The translations under genes and the position numbers were made by a program. From assembly GCA_934503195.1 (NCBI GenBank), contig CAKSVM010000006.1, positions 1,927-65,926 of the forward strand: a DNA stretch of 64,000 nucleotides. Direction: 5' to 3'. Positions 33,794 through 43,918 of the stretch are shown in pieces. The notes under the pieces were generated by a model. It ran no database searches and was not told the origin of the DNA. It saw nothing but the letters and a program-made list of their open reading frames with translations. Source of the DNA: an uncultured Eubacteriales bacterium (GTDB lineage Bacteria; Bacillota; Clostridia; Oscillospirales; CAG-272). The first letter of the stretch is position 1; every line of letters starts with the position of its first letter.

Positions 33794-35268
33794 TTGTCCT
33801 CGTCCTCCTTCTTCACGGCGTTCTGATATTTGTATTTGTAATTCTTATATTTGTAGTAGTAACCGTATTTTCCGCCGTGATTTCCGCTCTCGTCGGCGCC
33901 GAGTTGACCGAGAAGCGAGATCTCGGGATGGACGTCGTTCAGGACGCATCCGGTGAATTTTCCGCTCTCGTTCGAAAGCGAGAGAATCGAGTCGTTTATG
34001 TCGGCCGCCTGAACACAGTCGGTTCTGACCGCGACGAAAACCGCGTCGGCGAGTCTCGCGATCACCGGGACGTCGGCCGCGGCGAAGAGCGGCGGCGTGT
34101 CGATTATCACGTAATCGAAAATTTCGTTCTTGAGCGAATCGACAACCTCGCTGACTCTCTCCGAGTGGATCCAGCCTACATAGTCCTCGTGCGGCAACAT
34201 ATTGACCGCGAGGTAAAGTCCGCTTCCCTGATACTGACGGAGTGCGTAGCCGCTAAGCTCGGATTTTCCCGAGAGAACCGTTCCGAGATCGGGGAGCTTT
34301 GATTTTTTCACCTCGAAGATCTTATGCAGCGCGGGCTTCTTGAAATCCATGTCGAGAAGCGCGACCTTGTGTCCGCGTCCTGAGAGCGAGAGCGCGATAT
34401 TCGCCGCGATCGTGGATTTTCCCTCGTTCTCGGCGACGCTCGTGATCAGGAAGACCTTCGCGCCGTTTGTGCGGTTCATATATTCTATCTTCGTCGAAAG
34501 GCGGTTATAACCCTCGGCGAATCTGAAGCTGGCGTAGGAATCGGTCACGAGAAGCGCGGATTTTTTCTTTCCGAACAGGAAATTGCGAAGACTCGTGTGC
34601 GGACGCTCATGCGCGATTGATCCGATAAGCTTCGCGTCGATCTTCGCGCCGAAGGATTTTTCGTCCTTCACCGTGTCGCGAAGGAGCGACAGCAGCACGA
34701 TCGCCGCGAGAACGAGGAACGCGCAGAGTCCGGCGATCTTCGTGCGGTTTCCGCCCGAGATAGAGTTTGACGCCCCTGACGGAAGATCGGGCGAGCGCAT
34801 GACGTCGATCACCGCGTCCGAAAGCACCGCGTCGGCGATCTCGGGGTAAATTTCCAGCACCGAACCGAGTTCGCGGTAGGCGAGCTCGGGCGAAGACGCC
34901 GTGACGCTGACCGTGAAGATATTCGTGTCGCTTATCGGCGACGCCGTGAGTTTTCCCGAAAAGCTGTCGAGTCCGAGATTTTCGGCCGCGCGCTTTGACA
35001 TCGACGGCTGAACGAAGACGCTTGAAAAGATCTCGGCCATCTCTGAAGCGACCGAGACGTTGGCATAGGAATAGGCCGAGGAATTCTTCAGGTTGACGAT
35101 AAGCGTCGCGCTGCTCGTGTATTCGGGACGGTAAACGCTCCGCGTGTAGATTCCGACGCCCATGTAGCCGATGAGCGCGGCGAGTATACAGAGCCAGATA
35201 TTTCTCACAATGTCGGAGATAAGACTGTAGGGTTCGAACGTGAACCCGCTTTTTTCATTCTGATTCAT
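33790..35268 (-). CDS. polysaccharide co-polymerase/BY-kinase fusion, second paralog
   Basis: 492 aa. Walker A SVAENEGKST, A' VALLDMDFKKP, B DYVIIDTPP. Tail GGKYGYYYKYKNYKYKYQ. ATGA overlap with the next gene. Confidence 0.85.
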   Translation of the reverse strand: MNQNEKSGFTFEPYSLISDIVRNIWLCILAALIGYMGVGIYTRSVYRPEYTSSATLIVNLKNSSAYSYANVSVASEMAEIFSSVFVQPSMSKRAAENLGLDSFSGKLTASPISDTNIFTVSVTASSPELAYRELGSVLEIYPEIADAVLSDAVIDVMRSPDLPSGASNSISGGNRTKIAGLCAFLVLAAIVLLSLLRDTVKDEKSFGAKIDAKLIGSIAHERPHTSLRNFLFGKKKSALLVTDSYASFRFAEGYNRLSTKIEYMNRTNGAKVFLITSVAENEGKSTIAANIALSLSGRGHKVALLDMDFKKPALHKIFEVKKSKLPDLGTVLSGKSELSGYALRQYQGSGLYLAVNMLPHEDYVGWIHSERVSEVVDSLKNEIFDYVIIDTPPLFAAADVPVIARLADAVFVAVRTDCVQAADINDSILSLSNESGKFTGCVLNDVHPEISLLGQLGADESGNHGGKYGYYYKYKNYKYKYQNAVKKEDEDK

Positions 35269-35280
35269 CTCACACCCCCG

Positions 35281-36090
35281 TCATCTCACAACGACCGTGA
35301 ATATCTCATGCGAAGTGCGTCCCTCGAAATCGGTGACGTAATAGTGGACGAAATACGTCCCCGCCGTTCCGGTGTCGAGATCCGAGTCGATTCTCACGGC
35401 CGACATGAGGTCGGTTCCGTTTGACGCGACGGCCGAAACGAGATTATCGAAAACGTCGCATTCCTCTCCGACGCCGACATATGAAAGATAGCTTTCAAGC
35501 GTTATGACCGGAGCCGAGACGCGCTTTTCCTCGATGAAGACCGGAAGCTCAAGCGACGCCGTGTCGCCCTTGCTGTTCGTGACCCGCGCCGAGATGTAGA
35601 AAACCCCGGCCGTGTTCGTCTGATAATCGCTTGTCGTGATTATCACGCGGTCGCTGACATCTCCGTCGATCGAGTCGGCTGCCCCGAGATATTTCGGGAT
35701 GTTCACAGTCTGCGAGATTCCGAAGACGAGTGAACCCGAGAGCGTGAAATACGGCGGCGTGTAATCGTCATAAACAACCTTTCGCGAGGCCTTGGCAACG
35801 TGATTGTCGTTGTCGCAGACCGCGTAGGTGACGACTGAAACGCCGGGATCCGTGAATCTCGAAACCGACTCGACGATAACCCGGTCAGTGAGATCTCCGT
35901 CCTTTTCGTCAAACGCCGTGACTCCCGAAAGCAGCGCGTCGTCGCCGTCCGAAAGGCTCACGCGGAGCAGATCGGAATCAAGCTTTACGACCGGGAGAGT
36001 CTCATCCTTTTGGGTAAGCAGTCCGGTCACTATATTCACGATGAGGACAACGAGAAAGAGCGCGAGAACACAGACGCGAAGAATCCTCAT
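35281..36090 (-). CDS. membrane-anchored protein with bacterial Ig-like (DUF5011-type) repeats
   Basis: N-terminal TM helix. Repeated ..A.D..DGDL(V)SDRVI.. motifs. Confidence 0.6.
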   Translation of the reverse strand: MRILRVCVLALFLVVLIVNIVTGLLTQKDETLPVVKLDSDLLRVSLSDGDDALLSGVTAFDEKDGDLTDRVIVESVSRFTDPGVSVVTYAVCDNDNHVAKASRKVVYDDYTPPYFTLSGSLVFGISQTVNIPKYLGAADSIDGDVSDRVIITTSDYQTNTAGVFYISARVTNSKGDTASLELPVFIEEKRVSAPVITLESYLSYVGVGEECDVFDNLVSAVASNGTDLMSAVRIDSDLDTGTAGTYFVHYYVTDFEGRTSHEIFTVVVR

Positions 36091-36108
36091 TATTCCGGCT
36101 CACCCCTT

Positions 36109-36840
36109 TCAAATTTGCCCGCGTCTTTTCACGCGGAGATTTTTAATGATTCTGAACGGATTTTCCTTGAGAAGCAGATCGGCGTAATCACCCGACCATT
36201 CGGTGCTTAAATACTCATGTATGTCGGCGAGATAGGGAGTGCGCATATACGGTCCGTGCGCGTCGCTCGCCACGACGTCGGCGAGTCCCTCGTCCATCAT
36301 TTTCCGCGCGCATCTGTACGCGGCATTGCCGAAGGCCCCCTTGAAGCTGCCCTTGTTGAGCTGAAGCACGCATCCCATCGAGCGGATATATCCGGCCGCG
36401 TGTATGTCCGAGGCGACGAAATCATACCTCTCTGGATGCGCGACGACCGGGATGAAGCCCTTCGTCACGAGTTTTTCGAGAAGCTTCATCGGTTCCCTTC
36501 CCTCGCCCTCGAAATCGAACTCGACAAGCGGGTAAACCGAGCCGTTCAGCGTCAGATACTCGCCCGCGATGAGCCTTTCCGCGCTCTCGTCGTCGAGGAA
36601 AATCTCCTGCCCAGCGAAAAGCGAGAGCCTTATCCCGTGGCGGAGAAGCAGCTCCTGAAGCTTTTTCGTGACAAACGGGATCATTTTCACCTCATAATCG
36701 CTGCCCGGCCGCTGATGCGGAGTGCAGACAATGCCGCTGCACCTGCCCTTAACGGCGAGCGCGGCCATTTTTATCGTGTCGTCAAGGATATCGGCTCCGT
36801 CGTCGATACCCGGAAGGATGTGGCAGTGGATATCAAACAT
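36109..36840 (-). CDS. cpsB: PHP-family tyrosine-protein phosphatase (CpsB/CapC)
   Basis: MFDIHCHILPGIDDGA N-terminus, VVAHPERY, ASDAHG. Confidence 0.9.
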   Translation of the reverse strand: MFDIHCHILPGIDDGADILDDTIKMAALAVKGRCSGIVCTPHQRPGSDYEVKMIPFVTKKLQELLLRHGIRLSLFAGQEIFLDDESAERLIAGEYLTLNGSVYPLVEFDFEGEGREPMKLLEKLVTKGFIPVVAHPERYDFVASDIHAAGYIRSMGCVLQLNKGSFKGAFGNAAYRCARKMMDEGLADVVASDAHGPYMRTPYLADIHEYLSTEWSGDYADLLLKENPFRIIKNLRVKRRGQI

Positions 36841-38728
36841 TTACATTTTTATTTTCCTGAATCGGGGAGTGGTGCGAGAAGGTCGGGACAATCTCTTTCA
36901 ACTTGTCCACGACCATTTTGTCGGTGAAGCCATCCGAGTCGACAAGCGCGCGAAGCTCCGAAAGCTCCTTTTCGAAGAGTTTGTCGTCCATATCGATCGG
37001 ATTTCCGATGAAGATCTTGTCGTTCTTTGTCTTTCTGAGGCCTTCCTCGTTCATCAGAAGCTCTTCGTAAAGCTTTTCGCCGGGGCGCAGGCCGATGTAT
37101 TTTATGTTTATGTCGCGGCCGATGAGGAGTCCGGAAAGGCGGATCATGTTCCGCGCGAGATCATCGATCTTGACCGGCTTTCCCATATCGAGGACGAAAA
37201 TCTCGCCGCCTTTCGCCATCGCGGACGCGGTGAGGACGAGCTGGCTGGCCTCGGAGATCGTCATGAAATAGCGGATCATCTCGGGATCAGTGACCGTGAC
37301 GTCTCGGCGTTCCTCAATCTGACTCTTGAAGAGCGGGATGACCGATCCGTTCGAGCCGAGGACGTTTCCGAATCTGACCGCCGCGAAGCTTGTTTCGGGC
37401 GAGAGCTTGTCCATCGTCTGGATGATCATCTCGCAGACGCGCTTTGTCGCGCCCATGACGTTTGTCGGGTTGACCGCCTTGTCGGTCGAGATGAGGACAA
37501 ACTTTCCGACCTTCGCCTCGCGCGCGGCAAGGCAGGTGTTGAGAGTTCCGAAGATGTTGTTCTTTACCGCCTCGTCAGGAACCGTTTCCATCAGCGGAAC
37601 GTGCTTGTGAGCGGCAGCGTGGATCACGAGTTCGGGCTTTTTCTCGGCGAAAATTCTTGTGATCTTCGCTTTGTCGCAGACCGTGGCGATGCAGACCTCA
37701 AGGTCGAGTTCGGGGTATTTCGCGATAAGCTCCTGCTGAATCGTGTAGGCGTTGTTTTCGTAAACGTCTATTATTATGAGCTTTTTCGGCTCGTGCGCGG
37801 CGATCCGGCGGCAAAGCTCGGATCCGATCGATCCGCCGCCTCCGGTTATCGCGACGACCTTGCCGACAAGGAAATCGAGCATTCCGTCGTCGGTCAGCGA
37901 GACGGGATCGCGGCCGAGAAGCTCCTCGGGATCGATACTTCTGACCTTTGAAATGAGATTGTCGCGGTCGGCGAGTTCGGTGAGGCGCGGGAGAATCTTG
38001 ACCTCGCACCCGGTTTTGAGACATTCGTCGAGAATCATCGAGCGGCGTTCGTTCGAGATCGAGGGGATCGCTATGTAAATCACTCTGACGCCGAGCTTTT
38101 CGCAGACTTCGCCGATATCCGTGACCTTTCCGCGGACACGGCATCCGGCGACCGAGCGTCCCTGCTTCTGTTCGCTGTCGTCAATGAATCCGCAGGGAAT
38201 GAGTCCGCAGGAAGGAGTCGAATAGATTTCCTCAAGGAGTCTGACCCCGGCCGAGCCCGCGCCGATAATGAGAAGGCGTTTGGATTTGGGATCCGAGCCC
38301 TTGCGGCGCCGGGTGATCAGACCCTGATACGCGTTTCTCGAAAAGGCGACGACCGCCGCGGTGACGAGAATCGCGAAGGAGTAGTAAATCATCCCGAGAT
38401 TCGCGAGTCCGAAGGCCCCGCATAAAAGTCCCGCGACCGCGCCGGCGGCAAGCTGAACCGCGACCATATAAAGATACTCATAGCTTCCCGCGTAACGCCA
38501 GATTATCCGGTTGACGCCGAATATGACCGAGACAAGGCAGTAGACGGCGGCCGTCAGCCCGATCTCCGCGAGAATCAGCGGTATCGGCGGCTTTATTCCG
38601 GTGTCGAAGTAGCGCGCGACGAAGATGAGAAAAAACGACACCGCGGCGGCGGCCGCGTCAACAAGCTGCAAAATTACGACTCTGTGCATCGGCTTTTTGA
38701 TGCGCAGACGTGTGAAAGCAATATTCAT
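36833..38728 (-). CDS. capD: membrane-bound NDP-sugar 4,6-dehydratase/epimerase (CapD/PglF/WbpM family)
   Basis: 631 aa. Four N-terminal TM helices, IIGAGSAG and ITGGGGSIGSEL Rossmann motifs. Confidence 0.9.
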   Translation of the reverse strand: MNIAFTRLRIKKPMHRVVILQLVDAAAAAVSFFLIFVARYFDTGIKPPIPLILAEIGLTAAVYCLVSVIFGVNRIIWRYAGSYEYLYMVAVQLAAGAVAGLLCGAFGLANLGMIYYSFAILVTAAVVAFSRNAYQGLITRRRKGSDPKSKRLLIIGAGSAGVRLLEEIYSTPSCGLIPCGFIDDSEQKQGRSVAGCRVRGKVTDIGEVCEKLGVRVIYIAIPSISNERRSMILDECLKTGCEVKILPRLTELADRDNLISKVRSIDPEELLGRDPVSLTDDGMLDFLVGKVVAITGGGGSIGSELCRRIAAHEPKKLIIIDVYENNAYTIQQELIAKYPELDLEVCIATVCDKAKITRIFAEKKPELVIHAAAHKHVPLMETVPDEAVKNNIFGTLNTCLAAREAKVGKFVLISTDKAVNPTNVMGATKRVCEMIIQTMDKLSPETSFAAVRFGNVLGSNGSVIPLFKSQIEERRDVTVTDPEMIRYFMTISEASQLVLTASAMAKGGEIFVLDMGKPVKIDDLARNMIRLSGLLIGRDINIKYIGLRPGEKLYEELLMNEEGLRKTKNDKIFIGNPIDMDDKLFEKELSELRALVDSDGFTDKMVVDKLKEIVPTFSHHSPIQENKNVNV

Positions 38729-38831
38729 AAAGTTTAATTCCCCCCAGAACTCAAAACCTTCAGCGGTAAATCCGCCGTGAGATTCCCGAAATCGGAAGAT
38801 CCCACGTTTACACCTTACTAGTCCATCTTAT

Positions 38832-38860
38832 ATTATAACACATAAATCACGGTCTGTCAA
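38832..38860 (-). promoter_or_regulatory. promoter of the capD-LCP operon
   Basis: Minus strand TTGACA - 17 nt - TATAAT. About 95-nt leader. Confidence 0.7.
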
Positions 38861-38970
38861 CAGTTATGTTGAATATTTGACAAACCGAATTATCAGAATA
38901 TTTGGGTCATTATACAAAAAAGCACCGCGATCAGCGACAACGCGGGAATTTTGTCTTTTGTCGTCAGAAC

Positions 38971-39007
38971 AGAAAAAGCGGTGCCGTCGTGCGGACAACA
39001 GCACCGC
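38971..39007 (-). terminator. terminator of lactate operon
   Basis: GCGGTGC..GCACCGC hairpin followed by T5 on the minus strand, 20 nt after the larA-like stop. Adjacent CCGGAAGCTTCCGG palindrome. Confidence 0.7.
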
Positions 39008-39025
39008 CCGGAAGCTTCCGGATTT

Positions 39026-40306
39026 TTATTTTTTCACCGGGATGACCGAAACTCCGTCCGGAATCGCGATAACCGTCGGCTTCTCAACGCCGCAAAGCCC
39101 CTTCGCGATTTCCATCGCCTCGCCGATCGAGTGCGCCGGAGTCATCCGCAGTGCCTTTATAAGCTCGTCGTCCGCGTCTGAGACGTAGATAACCTTCGCT
39201 TTCGTCAGAATCCGGAAGAATATCTGCGCTTCCCACTGATCGGGCAGCGTCTCGTCGGGCGAACGCTTTATCACCTCTTCGAGGAAATCCTCCGGCGACT
39301 CCGCCCCGCTTATCATCCTGTAGAAGGATTCCCCGCCGTGACCATCGTTCGTCGCGGCGCACATGATTATCACGCCACCAGGTTTTACGGCCTTCTCGGC
39401 CGCCGTCATTCCCTTCACCGCCTGATAGACGTTCTGGTCGAGCGGATATCCGCCGTTCGTCGAGATGACGATATCGGCCTCCTCCCTGAATTTCGCGCAG
39501 CAGAGAACGCCTAGGAATGAGCATCCGACATGATGCGCCAGAATCGGATCGCCCGCGCAGACCCGGATTATCCGCCTGTCCTCGTTTATAACGACGTTGA
39601 CTATGAACGCGAGCTTCGCCATCCGCGCCGCCGCTTCCATGTCGATGTTGATCGGATTGTCCGTGAGCCTTCCGGTGCGCGCGTTTTCGCTCGCTATGAA
39701 GGCCGCGCAGTGATTCCCGAGAACCGTCTTCCGCGCGGCGACGCCCGGAAGCACACTCTTGCGTCCGCCCGAGAACCCCGCGAAGAAATGCGGCTCGATG
39801 AACCCCTCCGAAACCAGCAGATCGCATTCCGCCGCCTCGCGGTTTATGATAAGCTCCGCGCCCGACGGAAGCGTGCCGAGATCAACAAGATTTTCCTCGT
39901 CAAGGCAGTCGTGGATCACGATCCGCTCGTTTCTCACGATCTCCTCGCCGAATTTGTCGATAAGCTCTTCTCTCGTCGTCGAACGATGGCATCCGGTCGC
40001 GATCAGGATCGTGATCCCGGCGTCGGGATTTCCGAGTCTTATCTCCTCTAACATATGCGGGATTATGTGCCTGCTCGGAACCGGGCGCGTGTGGTCGCTC
40101 GCGATGATCGTGATCTTTTTCTTCCCGGCCGCTAGCTCGGAGAGCCTTTTCGCGCCAGACGGCATTTCAAGCGCGGCGCGGACGGCGGCGTCATCGTCGC
40201 GGAAGGTTCCGCGCTTGTTGACCGACGATTTCAGAACCGCCTTCAGCTCGTCGCCGAACTCATATGACAGCGATCCCCTTCCGTAGGCGAAATCGACCTT
40301 TGTCAT
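39026..40306 (-). CDS. larA: nickel-pincer-dependent lactate racemase family protein (LarA/DUF2088)
   Basis: 426 aa. IIASDHTRP and [21 protein letters not shown] motifs of the LarA family. ATGA overlap with the upstream gene. Confidence 0.75.
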   Translation of the reverse strand: MTKVDFAYGRGSLSYEFGDELKAVLKSSVNKRGTFRDDDAAVRAALEMPSGAKRLSELAAGKKKITIIASDHTRPVPSRHIIPHMLEEIRLGNPDAGITILIATGCHRSTTREELIDKFGEEIVRNERIVIHDCLDEENLVDLGTLPSGAELIINREAAECDLLVSEGFIEPHFFAGFSGGRKSVLPGVAARKTVLGNHCAAFIASENARTGRLTDNPINIDMEAAARMAKLAFIVNVVINEDRRIIRVCAGDPILAHHVGCSFLGVLCCAKFREEADIVISTNGGYPLDQNVYQAVKGMTAAEKAVKPGGVIIMCAATNDGHGGESFYRMISGAESPEDFLEEVIKRSPDETLPDQWEAQIFFRILTKAKVIYVSDADDELIKALRMTPAHSIGEAMEIAKGLCGVEKPTVIAIPDGVSVIPVKK

Positions 40307-41724
40307 AGATTCTCACCCTTCCCGCAGAAAACCTTTCCGGGATTCAGAATATCGTTCGGGTCAAATACTCTCTTTATTCCGGCCATGAGCGAAAGCTGCG
40401 CGTCGTCAAGGAATTCGCCGAGATAGGCCTGCTTCGCATGGCCGATGCCGTGTTCACCCGAGACCGCGCCGCGAAGCTCCTTCGCCTTTTTATACATCTT
40501 GTCCATCGCCTCGTTGAGTCTTTCCTTCCAGAGATCGTCCGAAAGTTCGTCGCGAAGGACGTAGATATGCAGATTTCCGTCGCCCGCGTGGCCGAAATAC
40601 TTGATTCTGATCCCGACCTCGTCCTCCAGCTTTCCGACATACTCGACCATGTCGTTTATCCGGCTCCTCGGGACGACGACGTCGACCTCGTCCATCTCGG
40701 TCGTTGAATTCTTGATCGCCTCAAGGAACGCGCCGCGCGCCTTCCAGACCGCGTCGCTCCGCTCTTCGGTGTCGAGGATGAAGATATCCGGCGCGCCGAG
40801 CGTCAGGCAGAGCTCGGCGACAGATTCATAGTCGCGCTCGATCTCCTCCTTCGTGTTTCCGTCGAATTTGAGGAGCAGATACGCGTCATACGCGCGGTCG
40901 GGGAACTTCACTCCAAGATAGCTCTCGGCGTCAAGGATGACCTGTCTCTGCATGAACTCGACGGCGGTCGGAATCGCCTTCGATTTGATGATCTCCGGCA
41001 CGGCGTCGATTGCCTGCTTGAGCGTCGGGAAGGGAATCAGAAGGCTTATGCTCCGCTTCGGAAGCGGGAGAAGTCTCAAAACCGCCTTTGTTACGATTCC
41101 GAGCGTTCCCTCAGAGCCGACGATCAGATCCTTCAGAGCGTAGCCCGAGCTGTTCTTGACCATCTTTCCGCCAAGTTCGACAACTCTTCCGTCGGCGAGA
41201 ACGACTTCGAGTCCGCGCACGTAGTCGCGCGTGACTCCGTATTTTACCGCGCGCATTCCGCCCGCGTTGGTGTTGATGTTTCCGCCGATCGTCGCGGTCT
41301 TCTCACCCGGATCGGGCGGATAGAAGAATCCGTTCTCCTCGGTGAACGCGGCGACCTCCATTAAAAGCACGCCGGGTTCGACGGTCAGCGTGAGGTTTTC
41401 GCGGTCAAGTTCGAGGATCGATTTCATCCCCGAGAGATCGACTACGATTCCGCCCTTTACCGGGACGGCCGCGCCGACAAGTCCGGTTCCGGCTCCGCGC
41501 GGAGTCACCGGGATTCTGTGTTCGTTCGCGTATGAAAGCGTCTTTGAGACGTCCTCGGTACTCATCGCCTTCACTACGATCTCAGGACGGCTGCTCACCG
41601 CCGAAAGCTCGTCGCGGCCGTAATCCTCGCCGACCTCCTCGCCGAAAAGCACGCGGTCACATGAGACGAGCGTCTTCAGGTTTTCGTAATCAGCCGCCGT
41701 GACGGTGTTGTATTTTTCTGACAT
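40303..41724 (-). CDS. lctD: FAD-linked oxidase (GlcD family), probable lactate dehydrogenase subunit of an LDH/Etf complex
   Basis: Start at [16 protein letters not shown] after [24 protein letters not shown]-binding PCMH domain. The ORF-track start 41775 overlaps etfA. Confidence 0.8.
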   Translation of the reverse strand: MSEKYNTVTAADYENLKTLVSCDRVLFGEEVGEDYGRDELSAVSSRPEIVVKAMSTEDVSKTLSYANEHRIPVTPRGAGTGLVGAAVPVKGGIVVDLSGMKSILELDRENLTLTVEPGVLLMEVAAFTEENGFFYPPDPGEKTATIGGNINTNAGGMRAVKYGVTRDYVRGLEVVLADGRVVELGGKMVKNSSGYALKDLIVGSEGTLGIVTKAVLRLLPLPKRSISLLIPFPTLKQAIDAVPEIIKSKAIPTAVEFMQRQVILDAESYLGVKFPDRAYDAYLLLKFDGNTKEEIERDYESVAELCLTLGAPDIFILDTEERSDAVWKARGAFLEAIKNSTTEMDEVDVVVPRSRINDMVEYVGKLEDEVGIRIKYFGHAGDGNLHIYVLRDELSDDLWKERLNEAMDKMYKKAKELRGAVSGEHGIGHAKQAYLGEFLDDAQLSLMAGIKRVFDPNDILNPGKVFCGKGENL

Positions 41725-41740
41725 TTTCTGACTTCTCCTT

Positions 41741-42916
41741 TCAGCGGCCGAGCTTTTCGATGAGCTTCGGGACAATCTCGCAGAGATCGCCTACGATTCC
41801 GTAGTGCGCGATACTGAATATCGGCGCGTTCTTATCGGTGTTGATCGCGACGATCGTGTCCGCGCCCTTCATTCCGGCAGCGAACTGAACCGCGCCGGAG
41901 ATTCCGCAGGTTATGATGAGTTTCGGTCTGACCGTGCGTCCGCTGAGACCGATCTGACGGTTCGCCGGACATTTTCCGCTCTCGACCATCGGACGGGTGC
42001 AGGCCCACGTTCCGCCGAGCGCGTCGGCGAGCTTTTTAACGAGTTCAAGCTCAGAATCGTTCCGGCATCCGCGTCCGGCCGCGACGATGATCTCGGCGTT
42101 CTCGATGCCCTCGACCTTCGGCTTCTTTTCGACCGAAAGAATCTCGACGCCCGATTTCAGCTTATCGTCGGAGATGTCGAAGAAGGTCAGCTTTCCGAAA
42201 GGCTCGCAGCGTTTCGCTTGATCCATAACCTTGTAGCGTACGGTCGCCATCTGTGGACGGTTATTCGGAGTCGCGATCTGCGCCATGATGTTTCCGCCGA
42301 AAGCCGGACGGATCTGGACGAGATCGGTGTTCTCCTCGATATCAAGCACCGTACAGTCGGCGGTGAGTCCGGTTCTGAATCTCGCCGCGACTCTTGGCGC
42401 GAGCTGACGTCCGACCGTCGTCGCGCCGACAAGGATGACCGACGGCTTCACGCGGTTTATGAAATCCTCGAAAACGCTCGCGTATGTCTCCTGTATGAAG
42501 CTCTTCAGCTCCGGTTTGTCGTAAACAAATACCTCGTCGACCGGATAACAGAGAAGCTCCTTAGCCGACTCCGACACATTTTCGCCCATCATCAGGCAGA
42601 AGACCTTGTGTCCGATCTTGTCGGCAAGCTCGCGCGCCTTCCCGATAAGTTCTAGCGTAACCGGGTGAATTTCGCCGTCGATATGCTCGACATAAACGCA
42701 GATTCCGTTCCAGATCGACTTGTCGACCGACTCGGTCTTTTCCTCGACTATCTCGATCTCGCCGTTTTTCGAACGCTTCGCGCAGACTCCGCACATCTTA
42801 CAGGCCGGGTTCGTGACGACCTTTCCGTCGGAGATCTCAAGCGCGCCGAAGGGACATACCTTTATAAGCCCCGCGGCGTCGGAAATCCTTTCATTATGTA
42901 TAATCAGCTTTTTCAT
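41741..42916 (-). CDS. lctC: electron transfer flavoprotein alpha subunit with N-terminal ferredoxin-like domain
   Basis: 391 aa. CPFG..CKMCGVC Fe-S motif, then the EtfA fold (..[15 protein letters not shown]..). Confidence 0.85.
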   Translation of the reverse strand: MKKLIIHNERISDAAGLIKVCPFGALEISDGKVVTNPACKMCGVCAKRSKNGEIEIVEEKTESVDKSIWNGICVYVEHIDGEIHPVTLELIGKARELADKIGHKVFCLMMGENVSESAKELLCYPVDEVFVYDKPELKSFIQETYASVFEDFINRVKPSVILVGATTVGRQLAPRVAARFRTGLTADCTVLDIEENTDLVQIRPAFGGNIMAQIATPNNRPQMATVRYKVMDQAKRCEPFGKLTFFDISDDKLKSGVEILSVEKKPKVEGIENAEIIVAAGRGCRNDSELELVKKLADALGGTWACTRPMVESGKCPANRQIGLSGRTVRPKLIITCGISGAVQFAAGMKGADTIVAINTDKNAPIFSIAHYGIVGDLCEIVPKLIEKLGR

Positions 42917-43716
42917 TATCTCTCACCCCCGACATACTTAAGCTCAACGAGCTTGTCAAAGAGCTTTTCCGAAAGCTCAGACGCTCCGCCCTCCCACATC
43001 ACGCGCTCGGAATTATCCTCGGGCGGGAAGATGCGTCTGACCTGCGTCGGCGACGCGGCGAGTCCGTAATGCTTCGCGTCCATGTCGTCGAAGGAATCGA
43101 GCGTCAGCGTGGTGATCTCGCGGTCGGCTGTCGCCTTTTTTCTGACGTACGACGGAAGTCTCGGCTGGAAGATATCCTTGTCGACGCAGATGAGTCCCGG
43201 GAAGCTTACCCGCGCGACCTCATAGCTGTCGCCCATGTCCATCCGCACCGTGATATTATCGTCGCCGACCGCCATTATCTCGGAAACGCCCGCGATGCAG
43301 GGGAGCCCCATGTATTCGCTGACCTCGGCTCCGACCTGAGCGGTATCGCCGTCGGTAGTCTGCTTTCCGCAGATGATGAGATCAAAATCCCCCGCCGCGG
43401 CGATTCCCTGCGAAATCGTCTTTGAGGTCGCCAGAACGTCGGCTCCGGCAAATCTGCGGTCGGTCAGAAGCACGCCCCTGTCCGCACCCATCGAATAGGC
43501 CTCGCGGATTATCTCGGCCGCTTTGGGCGGACCCATCGTGATGACGGTGACCTCCCCTCCCTTTTCCTCTTTCAGTCTGAACGCCGTTTCAAGCGCGTAG
43601 AGATCGTACGGATTCATCTTTGAGTCCGCGCTGTCGCGCCTTATGGTTCCGGTGACCGGATCGACCTCAACCTTGTTAGAGTCCGGCACCTGCTTTATGC
43701 AAACGCAAATCTTCAT
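42916..43716 (-). CDS. lctB: electron transfer flavoprotein beta subunit
   Basis: Start at MKICVCIKQVPD after AAGGA. The ORF-track extension to 43854 runs through the promoter. Confidence 0.85.
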   Translation of the reverse strand: MKICVCIKQVPDSNKVEVDPVTGTIRRDSADSKMNPYDLYALETAFRLKEEKGGEVTVITMGPPKAAEIIREAYSMGADRGVLLTDRRFAGADVLATSKTISQGIAAAGDFDLIICGKQTTDGDTAQVGAEVSEYMGLPCIAGVSEIMAVGDDNITVRMDMGDSYEVARVSFPGLICVDKDIFQPRLPSYVRKKATADREITTLTLDSFDDMDAKHYGLAASPTQVRRIFPPEDNSERVMWEGGASELSEKLFDKLVELKYVGGER

Positions 43717-43765
43717 TAGAAAATATCCTTTCATATATTCCTCGTTCCGAAGAAACTTTTTGTCC

Positions 43766-43794
43766 ATTATATCATATTTTGAGCCGGATGTCAA
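43766..43794 (-). promoter_or_regulatory. lactate operon promoter
   Basis: Minus strand TTGACA - 17 nt - TATAAT. Confidence 0.7.
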
Positions 43795-43870
43795 CAATAT
43801 TCCGCAAATTATTTTCAGTTTTCTGCCGAAGTGTGAAATTATTATTAAATTCACATTCTGATATTGCCCC

Positions 43871-43899
43871 TTGACCGGAGAGGAAAAATGTGCTATAAT
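43871..43899 (+). promoter_or_regulatory. promoter of histidine kinase/response regulator genes
   Basis: TTGACC - 17 nt - TATAAT with TGC extended -10. Confidence 0.65.
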
Positions 43900-43918
43900 A
43901 AACGGGGGGTGAACCTTT

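Noticed and set aside
36722-37951. 409-aa plus-strand ORF
   Set aside because: Antisense to capD and cpsB.
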